DNA from: Hyphochytrium catenoides
Lineage: Eukaryota > Protista > Hyphochytriomycota
Assembly: GCA_900088475.1 (NCBI GenBank)
Contig: FLMG01002125.1
Location: 40,359 to 104,358 of the forward strand
Length of the DNA: 64,000 nt
Direction: 5' to 3'
Shown here in pieces: positions 10,215-21,863 of the stretch (position 1 is its first letter; each line of letters starts with the position of its first letter). Made by a program: the position numbers and the translations under genes. The notes beneath the pieces were generated by a model. That model worked only from the letters and a program-made list of their open reading frames with translations. It ran no database searches and was not told the DNA's origin.

Positions 10215-13200
10215 ATGGTTAAATTTGGTGCCACATTGAAGGAAAAGGCCATCCCTGGATGGGAGCGGTGAGAAGAGCTTGACGTCGCCTAGTGAAAGGC
10301 GGAAGTCGTTCTAAATTGACTTTTGGGAAAGAACTCTTCCTTATTCAGTGCTCTTTTTAAAAGTGTTTCTCCCTATTTATTTATGTGGTGTCTTAGCTCT
10401 ACTTATCATCCTTCATTTGAGGCAATCCTAACAGTCACTTGCTGGTGCTGACCATCAACTGCACTCCTCGACTAGGCACTATATTAATTACAAGCAACTG
10501 AAGAAGAGACTCAAGCACCCAGAACTCATAGACTCCAAGAGGGCCAGAAGGCTCTCCCTTACTCTGTCGACCAGTCAGGAGCGTACTTTCATAGAGTTCC
10601 TCGACAAAGAGTTAGAGAAAGTGGTCCTCTTCTTCCTGGACAAGCAGGGAGAACTCGCCCGAGACATGGAAGTGCAGATACAGAAGATGGAGACAGTCAG
10701 CTCTATTGACATTTATAGGATTGACGAGTTATGGCAAGCGTAAGTTGAGAGAGAAGCTCAGATCCCCTAGCCATTGATCTTTTCCAAAGCTTTGTGATCC
10801 TTTTCTTCGATATGAGATCTCTTGTTCGTCTAACCTCTCCGTCACAGCTTTAACAGGCTCGGGGAACGCCTGGTATTGCTCCTGAACTACTTGGAACTGA
10901 ATAACACTGGCCTTAGAAAGATACTGAAGAAGTATGATAAAAACCATCCCTATGCGAAGATATCTAAGCAATATCTAAGCACTAGGTATAATGCGGAAAA
11001 CTCTCATGTGGCACAGCTCAACAGTTTTGATGGTATGCTTTCCAACAAATTGACTTTCCATCTCGTCTCATTTGCAGTTCTTTCTCCCGTGAATATGCTC
11101 GTTAGCTCCGTCTAGATCGTCTCTCTATATGCATTATTTGCTGTATTGGCGTCCAGCAAGCTTCCTGCGCAGCCTCTTCTCAAATGTCAAAAGTCTGCTT
11201 TCTGGGTCTTCCATCCCTTCATTGTCATGGCCCCTTTTGACTCATGGCTACAATTCCAATGCTTGATGCTAAATGGTCTGCCATTAGGGATATCGGCGCT
11301 GAATCTGTCCATTCTTCAATCGCTGTTCTATCTACACACTTTCAAGGTAAGGAAGATCTTCCCCCGCTAATTGTTTTAAACGTTCTTACCTGTGACCTTC
11401 GACAATACATCGCTATTTACCATTTTCCTGGCTCGTCGCTTAAGATTCTTTTACAATAGCTTTTTGATGTTACATCGTCTAAGTCTTAACTTGTCAGCGC
11501 AATGGAGATCAGCTGAAACCTGAGGAGCACCAAATCATTGAACTTTATCGAGCCGCCCCTGTGCTCAACAAGATCTTCGTGGCACGGAAAAAGCTTCGGA
11601 CAGCAACTACTTACATTGATGCCTTCTCCGCAAAGGCTGGAATATTTGACGAGGCCAAAGACGAGGAGGACATCGAGGACCACTTTAGAAGGACCAAGAC
11701 ATCATCTCTTTCTATTTTTCTCAACATGTTGAGCACCTTTCTCTATATGACAAACTACTATATAGTAGCTCCAACCAGTGGAGACTATGCGGAGAAGTTA
11801 GGGGCCACCCCTGCTGTGAGTGGCCTCATTATTGGAATGTCGCCTATGGCAGGACTCTTTTCAGCAATTCTCTACAGCTGGTGGTCCAACAAGTCGTTCC
11901 GTCTTCCTCTTATATTCTCATCCGTCTGCCTGGTGGTGGGGAATCTTCTTTATGGGCTCGCCCTGACGTATTCCTCCCTCAATATGGTGCTTGCGGGGCG
12001 TCTGTTGACGGGCTTTGGAGGAGCCAGAGCAGTCAACAGACGGTATATCGCTGACAACATCCCAAAAGAGATACGCACAATAGAGTCTGCAAAGTTTGTC
12101 ACAGCTAGTGCGCTAGGAATGTCTGCAGGTCCAGCGATGAGTGCTGTTCTCTCTCTGTTCCCGACGTACCACCTACTTGGAGTTATCAAGGTGGACAAAG
12201 AGACAAGTCCAGGGTGGCTTATGTTTATTCTTTGGATTATTTATCTCATTGCCATCATCTTCCTTTTCGAGGAGCCTCAACGGAAGATCAGCGACCATCT
12301 TTTTGCTTTGGGTAGCGACACCCAGGGGGGAGACAGTTACCATGATGGTGGACGCGTGGAAGAGCACAGGCCACTCCTCCTATCGCAGCGCGGTGAAGAG
12401 AAGGAAATGAGGAGGAAAACGAAGGGGGTGATCCGCACTGTGGTAACCAACAGAGCCATTCTTCTATCTCTCTGGCTCTACGTCGTTATCAAGCTAAGCT
12501 GCGAGCTCATGCTGTCTTCTACTGCCCTCGTCACTTGGTACTATTTCCATTGGTCTCCGGCGAATAGCGGAACGTACCTGGCAATACTTGGCCTCTTGAT
12601 GTTCCCGGTAAACTACCTGGTTGTGTGGGCCACACCCCATTACGATGACCGGTGAGTCTTAAATTACTGTCTTTCCAGTTATCCCTCATGATGGATGCAT
12701 TGTCATACCAACTTGTCTCGCTTTATCTCGTCCTACTTCTTCAGCTGGCGGACAATGAAGATTGTCCCTATCCAATCTTCACAGTTGCTTGGACTTACCG
12801 AGCAGCTGTTATCTTGCCAATACTGACCATCTCGCTGCTGTTGCACAATTATAGACAAATACTCTGGTTCAACTTATGGGTGATGCTGGTGGGCTGCCTC
12901 TTTATGATCCCACTGAGTGCTGTCAACTACACCGTGATACAGTATGTACTGGGTTCGGTTATGGTCTTCGTCACAAGCAACACGATTGAGGGTAAGGTGA
13001 TCCCATCAGGATGGGCGGTCGTTTTCCCACTGCCTGCCCTTGACTTTCACCCTAAGCTAAGGCGCATTGTTAACCATTTTCTTTAGTTTGAGCAACCCTG
13101 TCTAACACTGCTTATTTACCTCTGCGTTCTGTCAGGGGTGGTGATGTCGCTTCTGTCAAAGATAATGCCTAAGCGCCTAGCTCAAGGCACTTTTAATTCT

Positions 13201-13447
13201 GGATTCCTGACCACGGAAGCTGGAATGTTAGGACNNNNNNNNNNNNNNNNNNNNNNNNNNNNNNNNNNNNNNNNNNNNNNNNNNNNNNNNNNNNNACACA
13301 TTCGCACCCATGACCCTCATCAGTGCGGTGACAACTGCAGCTACCTGGTGGACGTACGAAGAGTTAGCAGAGGACGCAGACGACGCTAGCGAACGGAGCA
13401 GTGAGGATTCGAGTGTGACAAGTGCTGATCATGGGTTGCCCAAATAA
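10215..13447 (+). CDS. SPX-MFS phosphate transporter (VPT/PHT5-like), spliced, spanning an assembly gap
   Basis: SPX N-terminus [18 protein letters not shown] | [33 protein letters not shown]; MFS exon 11561-12651 ([20 protein letters not shown]); [16 protein letters not shown]; last exon ...DHGLPK* with TAA at 13445-13447. Confidence 0.9.
13235..13295. other. Assembly gap (N run) inside the SPX-MFS gene
   Basis: Run of n. Confidence 1.
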
Positions 13448-13559
13448 TAGTCCTATGAACTATAACTCATGAAAGCTGAACGTAAAGAAGGCCTTCCATT
13501 TTTGACATAATGGCTTCACGGATTCCTGCTCCGTCTCAAAGCTGGAGGGCATCATAACG

Positions 13560-15460
13560 GCTAATAGGGTGGAAGAGAGCACATAAGAGACACAGAATCA
13601 TCTTTCCTCAATCAGTCCGTTTTCCGGCGGCTTTGAATCGCTTAGGTTCTAAAAAGTGAGCTGGCTGTCTGCTTGTCGAATGCCAGAGTGAGACGGTTGA
13701 TTGCATCAGACCGTTGGTCCTCTTAGAAAGCTTCTTGACAAGTGGTTGGGTTTAGGCTCTTCAGCGGGCTTAGGATGTTTGGGTTCCCCGAGGTCCCTGT
13801 TCCATTGGAAGACACTGGGATACTGTCTCCATGTGAGAGGTCTGCTGCATCTCTAGACGTGCTTGACGAAGGAGCTCAAGAAAACGCCAGCTGGCCTTAT
13901 TATTCTCTGAGTATCATTCAGACAAGGGAGAGGGCTTGTCTGTCACGTTAGTAGCTGTGGTGAATGTTGTAGCTGTGCTGAATGTTGTTGTCAAGCATTA
14001 GTGCCAGCAATAGGAGGAGAGAATCAAAATGCAGCACCACCGGTGCGAAGGTCTCTGGTAATGCGGACCATATTTCTTTTGTGAACTCTTTCGCTACCGA
14101 ACGGACCTTGTACCTTTCGATTGTACCATTACTCTTCAGTTGATCCTGAAGACCCAACAGCGCACTCCTACAATATCTTTGTTCCTATCAGTAGTTGGCT
14201 TTGTTAGAACTCCCACCACGCACGTACAGTTAATCTCTTCACCGCCAGAATTTCTTCTTCCATACCTGGCTTCCATTCTGGAGCATGTCAAAGGTTAAGG
14301 GCTTCTTCCATCGTCTTTGGCTCTGTAGTAGTGGCGAGCAGGGAAGAATGCCCCTCCAAACAAGTCAGCTGCGTGGCCCTTTCTTGTTGTTCCTCTCAGC
14401 GCCCCCTCCTAGAACTGATCCTGATGATATTGTAGGACCGGCCGCCGAGTCAGGGCTTCAGCTTGCTCCCTAGATTTTCCTCCTAACAGCATACTTCTTC
14501 CGCCGAGGATGTTCCGTAGATTAAGAGATTGTCTTTCTTCTCCGATTTGTCAAGGTCATTGCGTCGGCTCGGAGATTTATCACCTTTCCTTAAAAAAAAA
14601 CAGGAAAATGATAAGTTCCAGCCACCACGAAGAGAGAGAGAGAGTGGCAATCAGAGAGATTGAGCGAGAAGACGGAGCTCGCACACCGCTTGAGTTGTTA
14701 AAACCGGACTGCCCTTTGCTTAATGATCCTCCGCAGGCTGTCAGGATCATCAAGGCGATAATAGCTGTTACTAAGAAGAAGATAATATGGGGCTTGGACT
14801 TTTTGGAAAAGCTTTCTCCTCTCTCACTCTTTCCACCGGGGAAGCGGGCATAGGCTCCGCACAGTAGACGGAAGATGGCGAAGATTGCGTTTCTTGTAAG
14901 ACCATTATGCTTCAAAAAACGGGGGCAGCTTGTCTAGAGCTTTGCTTTGGGATACGGTCCCAAAGGTAGGCTGCTGCTGTTGAATGTAGCTATCCCCCTC
15001 CCTCCTCCGAGTCGGCCCAAATAAGCAGCGGAAGAGATGCTTCGTGTGGGTGGTTACGAGCTGCCTCCAGGAGTGCGATTGCATCGTTCAGCTACGGCTG
15101 TTCACCCTCGGGATGTGAGGAATGGTGATTGCAAAAAATCAGTGCTTTCTCCGTAGCTTTGCGTTGTTGTAGCTTTAATTATTAGGGAGCTGGTAGGGTA
15201 ACACCTACGGTGGAGCACTAAGTTTTCTTCGTGGCGTGTTGGAGATAAAGGGTGGCTCTCTCTCACTCTCAAACTTGCATAAACACCCTCAGCCAGCCTC
15301 TGTTGTCGCCTGCTCGCAACCAGGTATCGGAGAATGGCAACGCAACAAAGAGGAGGCACAGTTGACTGGCCCTATTATGATGAAGTTGTAGCTGATGAAC
15401 AGTAGTCACCGGCAGATAAATACCGGTACGGACCTCACATCTTCGAAGCATCGTTGAATA
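13560..15460 (-). mobile_element. Degenerate Ty1/copia LTR-retrotransposon remnant (integrase then RT)
   Basis: Frameshifted minus-strand fragments in copia order: LRAGDNRG (~15300, cf. LRSDNGGE), AVAERCNRT/LLEAAR (~15070-15100), TAAAYLWDRIP (~14950-14985), LLCGAYARFP...SKKSKPHIIF, then WVFRI and KSNGTIERYKVRSVAKEFT...PETFAPVV (14035-14160). Boundaries approximate; LTRs not identified. Confidence 0.8.
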
Positions 15461-15588
15461 TGTCCTCTTACTATTGACACTTTTAGAGTTATCGTTGATG
15501 GCCTTCCATATCCCTCATTAGGTGCAACTATAGACCCGTACAGCCTTGAGTCAACTGTCGCTTTATACAGACGAAAAAATCGATCGTA

Positions 15589-15720
15589 TCGTCAGCCTAA
15601 GACAGGATAAGACAGGGCTAGCTCGCCTCATACAGGTGAAGGTTCGTCAGCCTAAGACAGGCTAAGACGCAGCTCCGCTCCATAGTGAAGGTTCATCTGC
15701 ATAAGATAGGCTAAGACGCG
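15589..15720. repeat. Short degenerate tandem array (~50-55 bp x 2.5)
   Basis: TCGTCAGCCTAAGACAGG(A/C)TAAGAC...GTGAAGGT at 15589 and 15644, plus a partial diverged copy at 15693. Confidence 0.85.
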
Positions 15721-15899
15721 GATTGTCTAGTAGTACTAGCATAGCAGAGGCTCGACGATATCATATGCCCAACCTTCCACAAATGTGGCATTTCTTGTCC
15801 GCCCTCCTGGCAGCAGCAGTGGTCCACGCATGAAAGGCGGCTACACGGCCAGCAACTTCTGCTGCCGAGTTGCGCCGCCATGTAGTAGGAGACGACCTG

Positions 15900-18800
15900 A
15901 CCCCTCTTAGTGACTTTATCAATGAACGAAGAAGAAGGTGAACCAGCCTATAGTGAAGATCATTTATTATTATTGCGAGGGAACATGATGCACAACAGTG
16001 CCTACATCGGGGACTACTCTTACTATGGGAAAAGGAACCACCCGACAGTTGCCTCGCTCGAAACGGCCTCTAAAGAATGAATCTTCAGGCGACGAACTGA
16101 CAGCGGTGGTGGTGTGAGGGGAATTGAGTGGCCGTGAAACCAAAAGCAAAGCTTGATGCTTCATGTCAGTGATGACCTAGATGGTTGACCAAGGACTAAC
16201 GGCGGGACGATGTTGCAAGGATAAAAGAGCCCTCAAAGAAGAGGCTATCACAAACGGAGGAATGGAAACCTTCTTCTTCTCTAATAAGGGCGTTATTTAT
16301 TATTATTAGTAGTAGTGAACTCTTCTGTTCCCTCCTTGAATAATGAAGCTCACCACCACCTTTACCCGAACCGACACCTTCCCTGCAGCTGATAAGCCAG
16401 AGATATGGTCTTGAGTTCGGTAGAAGATTAGAACTTGGCACTCCTGTCCCTGGGTAACTACAAATAACACGTCTTCTCGCTTTTCTCTCAAATGTAAGTT
16501 GAGAAAGCATGTTCTTCGGGCTAGTGGGATGTGAAGGGCATTATTCTATTCAGCACCCAAACCACTGAGGAATCCTGGCTTTTGAAGGGGGGGAATATCA
16601 GCAATCCCTTGCTGAATGATAATAAACTCGTCGTTCGTTGGTGGCGGTGGTGAAGATGATCCCAGTGCCAAACTTTAAATCCGGACAGAGGAAACCACTC
16701 GCCGTGCGTGCCCAGTGGCATATATTCAGATGCTCTAGAGACGGGGTTCAGATAGCTACTATTATCGTCAGAAAACTGCAGAGAAGACGATGACGTAACA
16801 GCGACTGATGTGTTAGAAGAGGATGATGTACTGTCACTGTAGCTATTGTTAAACAATTCATCATTATCATCAGCTTTTCTAGAGGAATTAGTTACATGAA
16901 CCATGAGCTGTGTCATAGGCAATCATCTTGTAGTTGCCTCGTCCTCCACCTCATCATTTTTCGCTGTTGTTGATTGAGACTACTTACTGCTGTTGTCGTT
17001 CCCTTCTGGTGGTAGAGTTGACAGGTTTGTCCTTCCAGCTTCCTTCCTCCTCCCCTTCTTCCTCCTCCTGTCGCTCGGGCCATCACGAGGTCACTAGTTC
17101 GATCTGCATCCCAGGTAGTAGTTCCCAGCAGCGCTCAAGCGCTCAGAGCGATGCACAGCAATATAGTGTTGAAAACAAATAAAACCATATTCCGAGTTAC
17201 TCATCAGCTCGTCGTTTTTTTGGAGTCTTGCCTTGTTGTTGTGTCGTCCTCCTATCTGCCGCATGATGCCTGCACCATTATAAGATGATGATAAGTTATT
17301 ATCTCGTCGCTCGCCGGTCCACCTTCTCCTCCAGAGGTGACGCTACTACTAGTAGGATATATAATGCCTTGCTCGTCAATGGCAGTATCGTCCTCCCGTC
17401 TTCTTCTCAATAATGGCCTTGCCTAGTAAAAGGCTTTTTGGATTAGGGGTTGGTGGTCTGGCTTGCTGTTTGTGCTGAAGCAGCACCAACTGATTGCCGA
17501 GAAAACGGGCGTGGTCTTGGCTTGAATGATGGTCACATTGTGTTGTCTCATCACTGCTCTCATGATGCCGAGTGATGATAATTATTAGCATCTGTAAAAT
17601 GATAGTACTACTACTACTACTTTATTACTGACTTTAGAAGAGAACAGTATAGAACCCACTGAGGGAAAATGAAAAACAGTAACTAACTAGCTATCTGGAA
17701 CTATGGAGGACTGCTTACAAGTACTGCTTGCCACTCCTAGAGACCTACTACAACTACTACTCTCCCTAAACCAACCCGCCAAGGACTGCTCCAAGAACCT
17801 GCTGCAGGATTACTTCCTGCAGGGCTCCTGGTGGGAGAGGAAGACGTGCAGAGACCATCTGCGCATTGGACCGCCGCTGGATATGAACAGATATTCTGCC
17901 ATAATAGATAGTAGAATTGAAAAGAAGGGAAGACAAAGAAACTCCCCCTCCACATCTATCATGTATCGCCCGGATCCAGTGACGTAGAGTGCTATGGACT
18001 TCCTCCGTTGCTTAGCGGCATGGCCAATACGAGCTACTACTACTGCTGCTGGTTGTCGTTCTTCTTACTGCTGCCTGGGGTGTTTCGTTGTTGTTCAGCT
18101 ACTTTACATGATGACAAAGCAAATTTTACTTACTACTTCTTACGGTGAAGAAGGAGTGCTCTGAAGAACTAGCATGCCAGGTTTTGGAAAACTATTGTTG
18201 ACTTTTTTTTTTCTGCTATGAATGAATAATAACGAGCATTTATAACGACTAATAGCTACTAAGAAGAAGTAAGAGATGAAGAAAGAAGAAGAAGAAGAAG
18301 CAAGAGAAAGAAGAAAAGAAACCAGGAAAGCGATGACGCCTTGGTCTCATCCTCCTCAACCTGATCTCCTCCACACTCATCATCAGTAAAGGAAGAATCA
18401 TAATTGATCTCCTCAGTGATAATAACGGGAGAAGCAGGAGCGGGGTTATATATTTTTCTCTAAAGATGCTGGTCCGTGCTGACCTCCACACAGCCTCCAC
18501 AACGTTATCTGAAGGAAGGCTGAAACGAGGCTCAGTTGGCCGAACAAAAGAACTGGTTCACCATTATCGAATTGTACAACGAATCCCGCGGAAAACGAAT
18601 CAAACTATTCCTCGGCACTTCCGTCCTAAAACAGCATTGAATCAAACTCTTAGTCTGGCAGTCCTAAGGAAGGAGGATGGGAGAGCCGGCGGCGGCAGCC
18701 CCCAGGGTGGCGACAGTCCAGGTCCAGTACAAAGGATCACAAACCTGACTGCTGGGAGATGGGAGGTCATGAATCAAACTTCAAGAAAGCTCAGCACTTT

Positions 18801-21750
18801 CAGTCGGAATGCGGAAAGCCTGTAGAGTAGCAGTAACAGCTGCAGTAACTACTAAACTTTTGTCACTCGGCACGTCGGGGTTGCAAGTATTGTATTCCTC
18901 CCCATCTCTCGCGAAGCATTGACTTGAAGTCACTCAGAATGTTCTACAGTAGAACTACTCATAGTCATTATTATTTACTCGTACCAGCGTCGTTTACTGT
19001 TTTATTTGGTACATACAGTGTAGTACTTCAAGTTTCTGTACTGTAGTGTAGCCATTCTCATCTGATTACTGTGGTTCTATAATTCCCACTGTACTGTACT
19101 CATTTCATAACCAGAGAACTGCGCAGTCACTCTGATTTCTACTGTTTTGTAAAACATCTGTACTGTACACTGGGCAGTAAAGTTTACAGTACTGTACGCC
19201 ACTGTACACCAACTGGTGAACGTACTGTGTATTATTCATGATCAGGGAAGCCCATACTGATTTGGTACACTTCAACTTGTACACAAGTGTACCGAATGGT
19301 GGGAGGTCCTGAGCAAGGTGCGACCATCACCCTCCTCCTTCTTCTTCTTCTCGGAGAAGTCGGACTTTGTTTCTACAGAACTAATGGTTCCTTCGATAGA
19401 AGGTTCAAATAAAGGTTAGGATGATGATGGAATGGTGGTGTGGTGATTGAGCCTCCTCCTCCTCGACTCCTGCCACCACCACAACGTAACAACATATACT
19501 CGTTCGCCTCCCTCCTCCTCCTCCCACTACTATGTAGTAGCTCTTCTTCTCTCTTCCTCGGCCTTGCTCTTCTTCTTATGAAGAAGAAGAAACCTGCAAG
19601 CAAAGCTTGAATAACGTGGTACTACTTTTGAATAGAATCCTACCACCACCACAACACCACCACTATCCTCCGTCGTCACTGATGATGAGCAACACCACCA
19701 CCAACACTCCTCGTCCTGGGAAAGAAGAAGAGAAGGAAGAAGAAGAGGATGACCGACTGTCGTCCACCGCTGGAGGAGGCGCCGCTGCTGCTAATAAAGA
19801 CGACCATCAACATCCTCTCATCATAACAGTGGGAGGCGAGATTACTACTATATAATAATCGAAGAAGTAGAAAGAGCCGCCAGCACCACCAACAAGACAA
19901 ACTCGCTGCAGCAGCATAATAATAACTGCAAGAGACACTTCCTCCATTATTGATCAACCACTCTTCGGCAAGAGTGGAAAAAACAGGAAGCAGGTGACAG
20001 GAGGAGGCAGCCGGGATTTTAAGATTAGGAGAAAGAAGGAGACGATGGTACCGGGAAGTAATAAGTCGTAAATGTTTGTTGCTGCAGCGAGCGCCGAACA
20101 TCATGACGGTATCGTCGGTAGAGCCGCGGCAAGCATTTCAGATTTGCATCACCCACGACAGGGGGAAGCAGGCATAGTAGTAGGGGCCTGCACCAGAGGA
20201 TGCTGGAGTCGTAATTAAGCAAGGGGGAGATGATGCTGAGCTTGTTGTTAACAAGCGTCGAGAACTAACGGCGTTCAAAAAAGGGACATGGATAATAATG
20301 ATGATGTTGTTAGGAATAGAAGAATGGCTGACTATTTAATAATATGATAAACCCTAGGCAAGATCCGCCATTCACTAAAAGAAGGACCACCTTACTTCTT
20401 GCAGTTGATGAAGAGGGATCGGCTGTACGATAGCAAAACCAAAAGGGAACCCCCACAACATAAACAGGTCATCAAGACAAATTGCAGAGCACCAGCAGAG
20501 ACTCAAGACAAAAAAAACATCAAAACCGAGGGAGAGAATGGTGAAAAAGGGCAAACGGTTCCAAAATAAGGGGAGTAACAACGAAAACAGAAGGAATGGC
20601 AGCGGCTAGGAAGGATGCTAAAGGAAGCTTCCCGGGACCAATAAACAACAGATATGATGGGGAAGATGTTGCAGCAGAGGAGGACGAGAAGTGGGGGAAG
20701 AAACCCAGTACTGCCGCCTCCACCTCAAGCACGAATGAGCAAGAAGCAGCCATCGAGAATCATGGTCGCCCTGGTGTTGTTGTTGGATGTTATTGTCATC
20801 ATCAAATTAGTAGGTAATAGCAAGAAAGGGGAAGAAGAGCAGCCTCGGCGGATGTAGAACAAGAAGACGAGAATCGACGATGACGACTGCTTTGATGAGG
20901 TTTCCGGCCCACCAAAAAGGGAACAGAGGAGCAGCAGCAGCATCTTGTTCTTGCTGCTACTACTGTGAGGAGCGGGGATGATGATGATAGGAAAGTAAAG
21001 GAAGAGCTGGTGGTGGTGGTGGTGGTGGACGAGGAAGAGGTCGACGACGGACGGAACGATGATCATGAAGAGGGGGACGAAGAGGATGAGTAGGACGACG
21101 AAGAAGAGGAGGAGGACGAGGAGGAGCCTCTTATTAACAATTGAGCACCACCACTGAAAAACAGGACCGCCGCTGACGACGATTGGTGAAGCAAATGATG
21201 ATGAAACTCATCATGAAGGAATTTGCAATCCTAATCTAATGATGCTGCGTCCCGATTATTGAGGATGGATTATTAGCTGAGTGGACAAATCGGCGGCGGT
21301 GAGTGGCAGCAGCATGACAGCTCAACCCCTGCGTGTTTTTGTGCAGCTGTTTGTTGTGAGCTGCTGTGGTAGTAGTAATGGAGTGTGCATAGGAGGACAA
21401 ATATACATTGTGAGACGACAACGAACAACGACCATCATCAGCCACCATAAAGTCATCAATCGACGACCAGTCGGCGCTAGACAACCAAAACGAACGGCAC
21501 TACTACTACTGCGCCAGCACCCAGCAACGTTGGACAAGTAGTAGTATCAGGCTATTTTCATCATCCCACCAATAGTTAGAAACCTTCTTCTCTTTAGCTG
21601 CTTGCAATAATAATAAGATATTCGTTGGAGTTTTGCCAGTACGTCGGGGGACTGCAGTTGACCATCCAAGTCTCTACTACTGTGCGTCTATAATGTCACT
21701 ACTGTCCCTGTTATTTTCAAGTACAGCACAGTTGTCATGGATGATGTGGT
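15900..21750. other. Decayed low-complexity region, probably old transposon or pseudogene debris
   Basis: Only short ORFs, with no recognisable domain. Abundant trinucleotide runs (TAG/TAC, GAA, GAT, CAC, CAG, GAG). Confidence 0.5.
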
Positions 21751-21863
21751 GTAAGTAGTAGTAGCGTATGCGTGACTTCTCACAACACAACTTTCCAGAA
21801 CAACAGAAACACAAGCTAACGACAAACAGTTGAAGAGGAAGAAGAAATTAGACCACATTGGAC

